Positions 44,927 to 58,492 of a stretch of 64,000 nt of DNA are shown here, in pieces (position 1 is the first letter of the stretch; the number at the start of each line of letters is the position of its first letter). The stretch is from positions 8,122,001 through 8,186,000 of the forward strand of contig JBHGNT010000004.1 in the NCBI GenBank assembly GCA_043228905.1, in the 5' to 3' direction. Origin of the DNA: Azolla caroliniana. Its lineage: Eukaryota; Plantae; Polypodiophyta. The notes under the pieces are model-generated. The model was not told the origin of the DNA, searched no databases, and saw only the letters and a program-made list of their open reading frames with translations. The position numbers and the translations under genes are program-made.

Positions 44927-47900
44927 TGTTGTCTGTCTGGCCGGACTAGCCTCAACACAGGTGTCTATCCGACACTTCTCCAAAGGGGTGGTAAGGATTG
45001 GATGCTAGGTTACACGCATAAGATGATTACAATTAAGCACGGACGGCAAACAATACGAGATACAGATAAATACGCAATAATCACTATTGTATTACTTTCG
45101 TCCCAAAAACTTTACAAATCATCGGATCCTTTTATAGGCATCCGGCAAGGTTACAATCGGTGCGCTTAGGCAACCGACATCCGAATCGGTCCGGATCCGG
45201 ATCGGTACAACTGTACCGGATCCGTCCCTCCGAATAATAATTCTACTATTATTTACTTCCTATTATCCGATCCGATTCCGCCTTCCCACTTGTCCTTGCT
45301 CTTCTGACCGGCCAACATAAGTTCCAATTTTAATATTTTTAGGACATGTTGAACATTATCATTAGAATGAATAAATATTCTACCTATTCATGGTGCACTC
45401 AATTTGACTCAACCTGGAGACTGTCCCCAAACTGATTGTGACTCACAGACATACTAGTCGCAATCCCAACATGCACATTCGCATAGTTAGTCCCAATTCT
45501 CCGTCCCAACGAGTAGTCCCAACAATGAATATGTGTAGCGTCCATGTACCTCACAGAAATGTCTCTATAAATTGAGGGAGTTTTGCCTCCCATCGATGTT
45601 GTTCATTGACCTCCTTGATCCATTGTGTCGCTTGTTTTCTGATTGCCTCTTGGGCTTCCCACTCGGCGGTCTTTCCCTTTGACCGGGTTGTGACCTGCTG
45701 TACTTCTGTTATTTCGGCTGTAACCATGTTGACTTCCGACTGCTTGTCATAGCTTTTGCTTGGGCATTGGTTACTATAGTGGCCTTCCTTGCGGCAGTAA
45801 TAACAGTACACCTTGTGACTGTTGCTTGTTTCTGCTTTGTCCCCGGTTTGGAGGGTGGGTATGCTCCGGCAGTCATCTTCGGTTTTTCGGTTATCCGGTA
45901 CCGATACCGGGTTGTCATTCCTTGCTGCCTCCCGACGTTCCTCTCTTCGGAAAAATCCACGCTTCTGATTCCGTCGGAAATTTCGGTTCCCTTGTCGCCT
46001 CTCTTCTCTGCGTCGGTCGTATTCCGGGGCTTCGTTTCGGTCGTACCGGTCCCGGGGGTAGCTATCTTTGCGTCTCTCCTCTCGGTCATAGTTGTCGCGT
46101 CTTGTATCAGCGTATCCTTGTCGCCTCTCTTCTCTGCGTCGGTCGTCTTCCGGGGATTCGTCTCTGTCGTACCGGTCCTGGGGGTAGCTATCTCTGCGTC
46201 TCTCCTCTCGGTCATAGTTGTCGCGTCTTCTATCAGCGTATCTGTTACCGCGTTCGCGTTGGTAGCGGTTGTCTCTCCGGAATTGATCCTCGTCCGGGTT
46301 CTGATTGCGCGGTTCTATGTGTCGAACCGGTGCTGCCTGCCGATTTAACAGGTTATATTCGCATCGGTCCGTTGTATGGGCTCGAGAGTTGCAGATCACA
46401 CATTGTGTCCGCAGGGTGCAGTCCACTATTGAGTGTCCCGAATTTAGGCATGTTGTGCATTGTAAGGCCTGTCGGAATCTCAGGTCTTCCTCCTTTGGGA
46501 GTGCCCGGTGTAACATCCCCATCGACAAGAAGGGGCTAGTCTTGTCCATTTCTAAAACCCGATCAATAACTTGGTCCATTGTGTTGGTTTGGAAATCAAG
46601 GACTCCGCACATTGTTCGAAGTGGCTCTTTCAGTGCGGCCAGAAAGACTGCTTTGGCTTCGTCTTCGGGTGGTGCTCTTGTCAGTTGGCTGTGCAGGGTC
46701 TGGAACCGAATGATGAATTGTGGCATAGTCTCGTTCTCTTCCTGCCGGGTGGTGTAGAACTGCCCGACCAATTCCCTTTGCTCAAATTGTCTGTGAAAAA
46801 ACCTGAGGAATCTGGCCTTCAAGGCATCGAATGTGGCAAAGGTGCCTGGTAAGTGCTTTGCGTGCCATTGGGCCGCCGGCCCTTCTAAGGTTATGCCGAA
46901 TTCGGCGATTTTGGATCGTTCGGCTTTGGGCTCCGTCAGTCTTTGGGAGACATGGTTGGCTTCCCATGTTTGGAGGAATGCGTACACGTGTGCCTCCGCG
47001 TCGGCCTCATCCCGGTACTTTGGGTATGGGTACGACATCGTGTCGTCCAACTGACTCTCCTGTTCCCTCCGCTCTCTGTCCGCTGTTGGCGTTGGTGTGA
47101 GAACCTTTGGTTCCTCCGCGGGTGTTGCCGGTGTCCGGTCCGTTGGTTCCTCCGCGGGTGTTGTCGGTATCCGCTCAGCCTTCCTCGGCGGTTGCCGATC
47201 ACCGAATTCCAGGGTTATTTCTTCCTCTGGCGCCGGTGTTACTGAGTCGTCCGACCCCTCGTCCTCCCGGTCGTTTGGTGTGTCGTGGTTGCTTTTATAC
47301 CGGGATGCAACACTTCCGTCGCTTTCCGACTCCGCCTCAAGTGTTGCGAATGCTTCTGAGTCCCCGTCGCCCGCGGCGAGCGTCTGCAGTATCGTTTCCG
47401 CCTCTTGCAGGCTTGTTATGCTACTGCCTTCGTCGGGGATTTGCAGAACCCGGAACTGCAGTGCTTCTTCTGCGACTCTCCGAAGAGTTTTGGAGAATGA
47501 CCGATCCAGCCGGATCTCGTCGACGGCTTGCTGCAGGGCTTCCCGTCGTTGCTCGCGTTCGGTGTATCGTCTCCCTCGTTCGGTGATGTGGTCGTCGTTT
47601 GGTCTAGACATCCATCCCCCGATTGTCCTCTGCACTTTGCAGGAATCGTGGTCGCCAAAATAGTGTTGTCTGTCTGGCCAGACTAGCCTCAACACAGGTG
47701 TCTATCCGACACTTCTCCAAAGGGGTGGTAAGGATTGGATGCTAGGTTACACGCATAAGATGATTACAATTAAGCACGGACGGCAAACAATACGAGATAC
47801 AGATAAATACGCAATAATCACTATTGTATTACTTTCGTTCCAAAAACTTTACAAATCATCGGATCCTTTTATAGGCATCCGACAAGGTTACAATCGGTGC

Positions 47901-48054
47901 GCTTAGGCAACCGACATCCGAATCGGTCCGGATCCGGATCGGTACAACTGTACCGGATCCGTCCCTCCGAATAATAATTCTACTATTATTTACTTCCTAT
48001 TATCCGATCCGATTCCGCCTTCCCACTTGTCCTTGCTCTTCTGACCGGCCAACA
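44927..48054 (-). mobile_element. Ty3/gypsy-type element D1 with pol missing; LTRs 44927-45317 and 47664-48054
   Basis: TGTTG..CAACA; TSD TAAGT (44922-44926 / 48055-48059); PBS TGGCGACCACGA (tRNA-Arg-like) at 47646-47657; gag ORF. Confidence 0.9.
45551..47611 (-). pseudogene. gag of D1 (capsid, three CCHC knuckles, Arg/Asp-rich repeats), truncated at ~45604 and running into copied flank
   Basis: LEGPAAQW..TFDALKARFLRFF..Q.ENETMPQFIIRF; CTTCLNSGHSIVDC, CVICNSRAHTTDRC, CYYCRKEGHYSNQC. Confidence 0.85.
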
Positions 48055-48447
48055 TAAGTTCCAATTTTAATATTTTTAGGACATGTTGAACATTATCATT
48101 AGAATGAATAAATATTCTACCTATTCATGGTGCACTCAATTTGACTCAACCTGGAGACTGTCCCCAAACTGATTGTGACTCACAGACATACTAGTCGCAA
48201 TCCCAACATGCACATTCGCATAGTTAGTCCCAATTCTCCGTCCCAACGAGTAGTCCCAACAATGAATATGTGTAGCGTCCATGTACCTCACAGAAATGTC
48301 TCTATAAATTGAGGGAGTTTTGCCTCCCATCGATGTTGTTAGCCTTGAGTTTGGATCGGCGTATACCCTTTTGTTGGCGAATCAAGCGAAAGTGGTTGTT
48401 GAGCACCATCGAGCTATTAGCTTGCTTAAGTTTTTCCTATTAGTACT

Positions 48448-48486
<39 letters not shown>

Positions 48487-49307
48487 GCAAAAAGGAATAT
48501 TATTATTAACACCAATTCTTAATACAAGGAGGTTTACTACCATATAAGGGGAGGGGATTACGTTTGGTTTACTTAGCTTTTAACCCTAACCTATCTTAAC
48601 TCGAATGGAAGATTAAGGATATAGAAGAAGAGCTCTAGGTGTATTAATAGAAAGGAGAAATTCCTAGGACGAAGAAGAGCTACAAAAGTCACCAAAAGGT
48701 GGTTTTTATAGATTTTTACAAGGAAAGTGTCTCCCTTTCACACCAGGTTGCCCATTGGCCTACATTATTTCCTATTTGGTTTGTTCTATTCCCCTTTTTC
48801 CTAAGGTTGGTAGAGCGTGATGTCTATTGTTGGTGCCACAATCTCCACAACCGGTGTGCCGAGTGCTGAGTGCCGAATACTTAACATCTCCCCCAACCTA
48901 ATGAGTGCACACTCCCAAGTGCACCACACTAGGTGTGTGTTTTGGGAGAAGATGGTTAATGTGAAGGAAGCGGGCCGGGATGAGGAGGATAGAGTATGGT
49001 GAGTCAGGTAGGTGAGAAGGGGTGAACAGGCTTAGGTAGTGTCGGAGGTGTTGGATGGTGATGGGTGGAGTTAGATATCTTGCATTTGGTTTGTGGTTGT
49101 GGAGAACTTCTTGAAGATGGTGTTCGACTAAAACTAATGAAGGAGTGCTACGGGGATGACCATCTAATATCCCGTGGTTAGAATTTACCATAGTATTCTT
49201 TACACTCTCGTTTAACCCTCACACTTATCCACGTGTATAGAATACTACGGTAAATTCTGACCACAGTGTGAAATATTGCTTGTGGAAACGTTAGAAAGAA
49301 CAATACA

Positions 49308-49347
<40 letters not shown>

Positions 49348-50394
49348 GGGAGAGACAGAGAGTGAGAGAGCAAAACACACTATTTTCCAAGATTATATTA
49401 ATACTCTGTGCTCTGTATCTACAACGCGCTCATCAGCGCTATTTATACAAGTCCACACGGGACTGTTAGAAGTACGGTGTACTTCAATGCTCACACGAGC
49501 GTCTTACACTAACTACGAGACTATAACTGCCTAGTAGTCTAACCTATACTAGGCTTCCGGTTACGGATTGGATCCGGCATATCGGCTCCTCTTGCTTACC
49601 AGTCCTTATTGCTTACTGGCTTGGTTGCTCACCGGCATACCGATTCCTCTCGCTTACCGGCTCAGGCTTATTCAGCCGATCCGGCTTCGGTTGAGCTTGC
49701 CGCTCAACACTCCCCCTCAAGCTCAACCTGAGGTAGGGTCGTAGTGTCAACCTCTGTGGCAGCCGGTTCTTCCAACCGACTTCTCCTGGTGTCGCTTCGC
49801 CTTGCTCGCACTCCTTGTCCGGTCCGGTTCCATTTGCTGTGACCCCTTTGGTTCTACGCGCCTCGACCTTCGGTATTGTCGAATACAAGTGTATAATGGA
49901 CGTATTCACACTATCCCTTTGTATAGCTCAAGTTTGGGCCATTTGTGTAATTAGCATAAATGGTAGTTGCCCTAAGTTTGTCACTATATAAAGTGACCTA
50001 GTAACCTTTTTGTAAGGTTGGTTGTATTATTGTTTCTATTGAATAGAAAGAGTCTTTTGTGCCTCCTCTCTCTCTCTCTCTCTCTATCTCTGTGCACGAT
50101 CTCAGAAACTGTCATACGCAGGTACTCAACCCCAATCGAATGCTACTTGATCTTCCGCATTGACGGCCTTGTCTTCAACATTTGGTATCAGAGCCTGCAC
50201 AGTACTCGGTTCCTCAACCCGCTGTCGGCCGTCGTCTCAGCCTGCACAGCATTCGGTTTCCTGCGTCATTCGAAAAAAAAGAAGAGAAGAAAGTAGGCAA
50301 ACACAAGCTTGAATCTCGCTGCGTTAGATCATCACTCGGAGTAAACCAGTCGGCTGTACTCTACTTCCTTGATCGTAACTGCTTGAGGTGGGCT

Positions 50395-50496
50395 TCCTGC
50401 ACAACGACGACTTCAAGGACAACCCCAGTTCGTGTTTCATTCGATTCCTGCACAACGACGACTTCAAGGACAACCCAGTTTGTGTTTCATTCGATT
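50395..50496. repeat. ~50-bp tandem duplication in the 5' UTR of C
   Basis: TTCCTGCACAACGACGACTTCAAGGACAACCC..GTGTTTCATTCGATT occurs twice. Confidence 0.9.
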
Positions 50497-50751
50497 GGAC
50501 AATAATCGGAAGGACCAGTCGGTTCCATTGCTCTCACTGTTGCAGTCAACCGAAACCGAATCGGCTTGAAGTACTGTCGGATCGTTAAATCCAGGTTCAA
50601 CTCGACTAAGACAGTTGTTGGTAGTCAATCCGAACCAAATCCCCGATTCTCCGTAATCAACATCACTTGTGTCCAACTTCGGCTAGAACGACACTGAGTG
50701 GGCCAAACCGCTGCACTTCACCAAAGTTCGTAGCCGACTTAGGGCAGAGTC

Positions 50752-53700
50752 ATGACATCAACATCCGGCTCGTCAGAAATGAGTCTACGAAAGTTCGATG
50801 GATCGAACTTCAACTTCTGGAAGGAGCAAATGCAGGACTATCTCATAGTCAAGGGGCAAATCGATCCCATCGAAAATGAAGAACCTCCAGAAGGATACAA
50901 ACCAATTGAGTGGCAGAAGCTGGACAGAATCGTCCGCGCCACGATTCGGATGCACCTATCGGAATCGGTATACTTTACGGTGCAATCGTGTACGACAGCA
51001 TTCGAACTGTGGAAAACACTGTCGGACACCTACGAAAAGAAGGTCGCTGCAACGAAGATGTTTCTGATCCGGCGCCTCTACAACTTGCGGATGAAAGAAT
51101 CAGATTCGGTTCAAGCACATCTCAATGAGTACGAAAGCATAAGCTCCCAAATCTCATCTCAGGGGACGGCAATCGAGGATGAACTCAGAGCAATGATACT
51201 CATGAGCAACCTTCCCTCATCATGGGAAACTTTCATCACAACCGTGTGCAACGCGTCAACCACGGCTGTTAAATACTTCGAAGTCACGAGCGCAATCCTG
51301 ACCGAAGCAGCTCGGAGAAAGTCTTTCGCCAAAGACTCAACAGACGACGCTTATGTAGTACAAGGTTCGACAGAACGATCGAACATACGAGGAAGAGATT
51401 CCTCACGGCAGCCGAACAATCAGCGAAGACGGAGCTAGTCACGGGATAATCGAATCTGCAACTATTGCAAGAAACCCGGACACATCAAAGCCGACTGCCG
51501 CGCACTCAAGAACAAGAACGACAAGTCTCAGAAATCAGACAAGAAGAGTGGCCGGCATGAGGAGATCAATTACGTCAGCTTCTCAGCTGATGTGCTACCA
51601 AACGACCCGAATATACTATTGATCGAAAATCCAGTCGGATCAGAAGTTCTGCTCACGACTGAAGAATCGAGCACATGGCTCTTAGATTCAGGCGCGTCAT
51701 TTCACGTGACTCCTCATCGATCCCAATTTCGGCAATATACGATCCGTCACTCCGACTCAGTTCGAGTCGGCAACTCGCAACACTGTTACATCATTGGAAT
51801 CGGCACAGTAGAGCTCAACCTTGCAGGTGGCTCTACACTTGTACTTCACAATGTCCGACATGTACCCGAGCTCTCAAGGCCATTGATCTCAGTCGGACAA
51901 CTAGATGAAGATGGCATTCGTGCCGGTTTTTCTTCGGGAGGGTGGACACTCCACAGGGGGAACCTCCTGCTTGCTAGAGGACCCAAGATACACTCGCTGT
52001 ATCCGTTACATGTTACGCTCAGAGAGGGTAACCTGTTTTTGGTGGACATTCCTGTGTCATCACTATGGCACAGAAGATTAGGACACCTCAGCAAGGCCGG
52101 CATTACGCACCTATCTAGAGCCGGATACATCCCTAAACTCTCCTTCTCGGACCATCAATTCTGCGAACATTGCCAGTATGGCAAACAAGCAGCCGCATCA
52201 CACCCGACATCAGCACCAAGAGAAACGAGACCTCTCGATTTAGTCCACTCGGACGTCTGTGGCCCAATGCCGCATCAGTCTCTCGGCGGTGCCTCTTACT
52301 TCGTCAGTTTTATTGACGATTCGACTCGAAAGGTGTGGGCTTATCCAATTCGCACCAAAGATCGTGTCTTCTCGATCTTCTCCGATTGGCTCGCTATGGT
52401 AGAAAATCAAACTGACCGAAAACTGAAATGCTTTCGGACCGACAATGGGGGAGAGTTCAAATCAGAAGAATTCGTCAAATTCTGCCGACAACGCGGCATC
52501 CGACGTGAATTTACGGCACCACACAGTCCGGAGCAAAACGGGATTGCAGAACGCATGAATCGGACAATCCAAGAAAGGATAGTTTCCATTCTCCAACACT
52601 CCGGACTGTCGGATGGCTTCTGGGCAGAGGCTCTACTCACGGCAGTACACATAATCAATATGTCGCCAAGCAGACCTCTAGGACTTCAAATTCCTCAGGA
52701 ACTATGGATCGGCAGTAAGCCGAATTACGACAAGCTGAGGATCTTCGGATGCGAGGCGTACGCCCTTATTCCGAAAGATGATCGCCGAAAACTTGCACCT
52801 CGGTCCAGGAAATGCATTTTCCTTGGATATGGATCAGACGGCGAAATGGGATACCGACTCTGGGACCCCGAACGCAGACAAATCGTTCGAAGTTCGGACG
52901 TTGTGTTCAACGAGTCGGCTATGAATCCATCAGTCAAAACACCGATCGAAGTCCGAAGGGTAACATTTTCCGATGTGCCGACCCTTCAAGAAGGCCCCGC
53001 TCTTAACACACAGTCAGCTTCACGGGTAGCTGAACCTTCCACTACCGACTCAGACAACTCTGACTCGGCACAGCAGAATAATCCGCTTTTGGACCATCCG
53101 ACCTCCATACCCGATACGACCAGTCCAATCATACCTCGACGATCCGAGAGACTGTCGCAACCTCCGGAGAGGTATTCTCCTGGAATTTTCTTCACCGACG
53201 CTGGCGAACCGACGTCTTACGAAGAAGCATCGACATCTGTCGATTCAGCCACCTGGCATCTGGCGATGGAGTCGGAAATGCACTCCATTCGGGCAAACAA
53301 GACTTGGGATCTGGTCGAATTACCTAAGAATCGACGTGCTCTTCCTTGCAAGTGGGTTTATCGACTAAAAGAGACGTCTAATTCGACCACCCCAAAGTAC
53401 AAGGCCAGATTAGTTGCGAAGGGCTTCCGACAAGAATATGGCGTCGACTTCGACGAGATTTTTTCACCAGTGGTGAAAATGACAACCCTTCGTTTTCTAC
53501 TCGGCGTAGTGGCAGCCGACAACTTGGAGCTGATTCAGCTAGATGTCAAAACAGCCTTCCTCCATGGTGATCTTGAAGAGGAAATTTATATGGAGCAGCC
53601 AAAAGGCTTCGTGGCAACTGGCCAAGAACATCTAGTCTGCCGACTCAGGAAGAGTCTATACGGCCTCAAACAGGCACCGCGACAATGGTACAAGAAGTTC

Positions 53701-54783
53701 GACGACTTCATCCAATCGATCGGCTTCTCAAAAAGCGATGAGGACCATTGTCTTTTCACCAACACAGCTCAAGATGGATCACCCATCTTCCTCATCATTT
53801 ACGTGGACGACATGCTAATTTCTGGACGCCACACGGGCGAACTTGCCGATCTCATTCGGCAATTGTGGTTGAAGTTTGCCATGAAGGACCTCGGTCCGGC
53901 ACGACACATACTTGGCATGAAGATTAGTCGGCATCGCGATAAACGACATCTTTTTTTGTCTCAGACCGACTATATCGGACGTGTCTTGGAACGCTTCAAC
54001 ATGCAATCAGCCAAATCTGCTTCAACCCCGCTCCCCATGAATCTTCGGCTCTCTCAGCGAGACTGCCCGACATCCGGTCCGGAGGGGGAAGATATGAAGT
54101 CGGTACCGTATGCGCCGGCAGTCGGCTCCCTTATGTACCTGATGGTCGCGACACGGCTTGATATCTCTCATGCCGTAGGAGTCGTTAGCAGATTTATGCA
54201 CAATCCTGGCCGATCGCATTGGAACGCAGTCAAGCATGTGTTCAAATATCTGGCTGGCACAAAAGACCACGACATTCTTTTCGGTCCGAACTCGACCTCG
54301 GGCGTTGTCGGTTACACCGACTCGGACTTCGCCGGCTGTATAGACAGTCGGAAATGAACAACTAGATACTGCTTCAAATTCGGCAATGGAGCAATTTCGT
54401 GGAAGTCGAAACCTCAGGAGTGCACAGCGACCTCAACGACCGAAGCAGAATATGTAGCTGCGTCCGACGCTGCAAAAGAAGCTTTGTGGCTCGGCCGGCT
54501 GGCGCACACGTTTCGACAAGTCGACCATGACTCGGCTCCAGTTGTCTATAGCGACAGTCAAGGTGCTGTTGCCTTGTCGAAAAATCCGGTTCACCACAAC
54601 GCCTCCAAACATATCGACGTTCGATATCACTTCGTTCGGGACTGCGTCATTTCAGGGAAAATCGGTCTAGAGAAAATATCCACAACCGACAATGTCGCAG
54701 ATGGAATGACCAAGTGTCTCTCGGCAGACCGCTTTCGGTCCCTTCGGCATCAGATGGGCGTAACGACAAACCAGTCCGGTTAG
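50752..54783 (+). pseudogene. gag-pol of C, a single frame with two in-frame stops (51436, 54355)
   Basis: KFDGSNFNFW, CNYCKKPGHIKADC, WLLDSGASFH, VHSDVCGP, YVDDML, SKHIDVRYHFVRD. Confidence 0.93.
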
Positions 54784-55284
54784 AGCCGGACACAGCGCAG
54801 GATGGTTTCAGACAACCGACATCAGTTCCTTAATGATCGGCTTCAACTCTTCCGACCCGACCAGTCCGGTCTTCTGCCTTCGGACCCTGCTGACTCGAAC
54901 AAAACTGATATGTCCGAGAACCTAGGTTTATACCTGTAATCTTAGATAACCCATGTATACGCCCATTACGGGGGAGTGTCGAATACAAGTGTATAATGGA
55001 CGTATTCACACTATCCCTTTGTATAGCTCAAGTTTGGGCCAAATGTGTAATTAGCATAAATGGTAGTTGCCCTAAGTTTGTCACTATATAAAGTGACCTA
55101 GTAACCTTTTTGTAAGGTTGGTTGTATTATTGTTTCTATTGAATAGAAAGAGTCTTTTGTGCCTCCTCTCTCTCTCTCTCTCTCTCTCTATCTCTGTGCA
55201 CGATCTCAGAAACTGTCATACGCAGGTACTCAACCCCAATCGAATGCTACTTGATCTTCCGCATTGACGGCCTTGTCTTCAACA

Positions 55285-58200
55285 CCAGTACCACACGAAT
55301 CGTCGTCATCTTCGCTACAGGGGCGAAGGTCTCGTTGTAGTCGATTCCGTGGGTCTGCGCATATCCCTTCGCCACTAACCGGGCCTTGTATCGGTTAATT
55401 GTACCGTTGGCATTGTACTTTACCTTGTACACCCACTTGCATCCGATCGGTTTACAATGACGGGGAGGGTCAACCAGGTCCGAACTTCCGTTGGCATCTA
55501 GTGCCCGCATTTCTTCCTCCATAGCGGCACACCAACTTGTGTCCTTTGCCACTTCTGCGTAGCTCTCCGGCTCACGCACTTCCGCGACCTTGGTCATGTA
55601 TGCATAATGATGCGCCATGTGCTCGTTATACTTGTACCGTTTAACGGGATCGTTCTGGTGGGTGGACCGGCGTAACTCACCGTTACCCGATATGAAACCC
55701 TTGTTGGCTGGTTCGGTCTTCGTTCCCGAAGATCTACATCTGTCCTTGCTGAGGTCAGATATGCACCGATCCGACTCATCATTGCTGGTCTCGAATTCCG
55801 GCATCTTCTGCTTCCCTTTCTCTTTGCGTGTGAACCGTCTCCTCGGTTCCTTGTGCGGGGAGAGCACGACAGAGTCTCCACTACTCGCCGTCTCATCATC
55901 CGACTGGTTGGACTGATCCAATCTCTCATTCGGTCCGCTTAACTGGAACGATTCCGGACTTTCATCTTGAGTCCTGGCTTCATCTTTCTCCACCTGGGCC
56001 GGTTCGGGCTCACTAGCCCCATCCTCCATCATCGAGTCGGGATCGGAAGTCGGAGTCGATAAGGAATACCACGATGCCGATTCATCAAACTCGACATCTC
56101 GGCTGACTCGGACCTGCTTCGTCCGGGGGTTATAACACTTATACCCCTTTTGCTCTTGAGCATAGCCCACTAGGATGCATTTTTCCGATTTTGCATCCAT
56201 CTTTCTCTGCTTCTCATCCGGCACATGTACATAGGCTATGCTGCTGAATATCCGGAGGTGTCTCAAATTCGGCTCGCGCCCGAAATACAACTCATGAGCT
56301 GACACCTTGTCCCCGATCCGGTTCTGGATGTAAACGACCGTTTGGACCGTCTCCGCCCAGTAGAACTTGGGCATGCTCTTTTCCTCCAACATTGCCCTAG
56401 CCGTGTCAATCAGCGACCGATTCTTCCTTTCGGCCGCACTGTTCTGTTGCGGTGTGTATCTGCAGCTGAATTCTCGCCGAATTCCTTTTTGTTGCAGATA
56501 GCTGTTGAATTGGCCGGAAAAGTACTCTTTTCCGCCATCCGACCATAGGCATTTGATCTTCCTCTCCGATTCCCGTTCCACCATCTTCTGGAGGCTCCGG
56601 AAACACTCGAACACTTCATTCTTCTGCTCAATGAGGTAGATCCACGTATGCCGCGTGTAGTCGTCGATGAAGGAGACGAAATATCGACTCCCGCCAATGC
56701 TAACATTTTGTGCCGGTCCCCACACATCCGAATGGATAAGATCGAGCTTGTTACGGCTTTGATTTCTTTTAGTGGGGAATGGAAGCTGGTGTTGCTTCCC
56801 GAGATGGCAGGCTTCACAAATTTGGGCTCTCCGGCCGCTAAACTTTGGCAAACCGAAAATGACTTGTTTCGTTTGCAGGTCTTGAAGCCTCCGGTAGTTG
56901 ACGTGGCCGATGCGCTTGTGCCACAAGTCGATACCCGACTCGACCTTCTGTCCTTTGGCGAACAATGCGGTGCCGACATCATTGGTGTTGAGGATAAACA
57001 TCCTCCCATCTCTGCGCCCTTGCGCAATAACTTCGCCCTCATCCTCAATGAAGCACCCGAGGTGTGTAAACCGCACCTGCATCCCCTGGTCGACGATCTG
57101 TCCGACCGATACCAGGTTCTTCGTGATCGTTGGAACATGTAATACATTCATCAACTTCCCCCTCTGTCCGACGTGGCTCAAAGGGACTTCTCCCACGTGC
57201 ACGATCGGGTGGGGAGTGTCGTCTCCGGTTTCGACAACTCCCGGTTGATCCGGCTTCTCCAAAAAGGAGAACCACTCCCCGTGGCTCGTCATGTGGTTCG
57301 ATACGCCGGAGTCAACGTACCACACTTCCTCCGATTTGGAAGTTTTCTTCTTCATTGAGTTTGCCTTGTGCTTCATCACCAAGGCTGGCCCCTTACCGTT
57401 CTTGGATCCTCCCGATCCGTTTGTGTAGTGCGAGCTTTGCTGGCCTTCCTTAACGGTTTTGCCGGATCCAGATTTGTCCGAATCGGCACGCTTTCTCCAG
57501 CATGCTTTCCCTGTGGCCCTTTTTGCCACAGTACCAACTTTCCGTAGCGGGTTTGTCTTGCCGGCCTCCGGCACCACCTTGACTCCCCCTACTTGTGGAA
57601 GTCCCGGAACTATTGTTGGCACGCTCACTGTGCCTTCGTTCCTGCTCTTGCCGACTGTCTCCATTGCGTGCCGACCTGCCTCGTCCACCATGCCCGCGGG
57701 ACCGATCTGCTCCCGTGTACAGCATCCGACTGTCTGGGGATGCACTGATCGATGCACCGGCGTGGTTCTCCTCTACAAAGAGCATCGATTGTAAGTCGAA
57801 AAATGAGGGCATATTCTCCCTTGTACAAACCGCAGTCCGGAAAGCTCCGAACTTGGACGCCGGGCCTCCAAGATAGACCTGCACCATCTCGTCTTCCTCT
57901 ACGGTGACGTTAATAGAGGCAAGCGAGTCACAGATCCCTTTGATCCGGTCTTTGTAATTTGCCACCGACATGTTCTTCTGTCGAACATTGCTCAACTCCT
58001 GTTTGAGTTGCAGCTTCCGGGCAGTGGTGCTTGGGGCGAAGACCTTTTTCAAGTTTCCCCAAGCATCCTTCGGTGTCTTGGCATCGCGGATATGGTTGAG
58101 CAGCTGGTCACCGACACTGGATGCAAAGCAGTACATCACCTTGCTTGCCGCCTGTTCCCACACTGGGAAGTCCTTGTGTGTCGTCTCCGGTGCAGAGTCG

Positions 58201-58328
58201 TTCACTCCGTCGACATAACTCTAGTAGCCATGCCCAAGCAGGTACTGGTGCATCTTGTATGACCAAGATGCGTAGTTGGTTCTGTCGAGCTTCTCCACCG
58301 GGAGTGACGTAGCCATACCTCTGTCCAT
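55285..58328 (-). pseudogene. gag-pol of B3 (gag to RT N-terminus)
   Basis: ORFs 57450-58205 and 55247-57757: WYVDSGVSNHM, IHSDVWGP, YKARLVAKG; cut at KMTTIRVVLV. Confidence 0.9.
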
Positions 58329-58461
58329 TTCTCCTTTTGTGTCTGTTTTCCGATCTGTTAGGGTTTCCTTCACAAGCATAGATGTCTGCAGCAGAGGTTC
58401 TCAACCCACGCGCTCTGATACCATGTGAAAGATTGCTTGCGGAAGCGTTAGAAAGAACAAT

Positions 58462-58492
<31 letters not shown>

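Larger units (their letters stand above)
44927..48340. repeat. 677-bp direct repeat of LTR plus 286 bp of flank: 44927-45603 and 47664-48340
   Basis: Only three mismatches seen (44943, 45102, 45145). Confidence 0.93.
49877..55284 (+). mobile_element. Full-length young copia family C
   Basis: LTRs 49877-50180 and 54977-55284 differ by about two substitutions plus (TC)n length; PBS TGGTATCAGAGCC at 50183; PPT GGGGGAG at 54970-54976. Confidence 0.95.

Noticed and set aside
45318-45603. Treating the whole 677-bp repeat as the D1 LTR
   Set aside because: The CA terminus and TSD at 45317-45322, and similarity to the D2 LTR start, place the LTR end at 45317.
51436-51444. Programmed stop-codon read-through between gag and pol of C
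   Set aside because: The TAG lies before the zinc knuckle and lacks the CARYYA context; a point mutation is simpler, and a second stop occurs at 54355.
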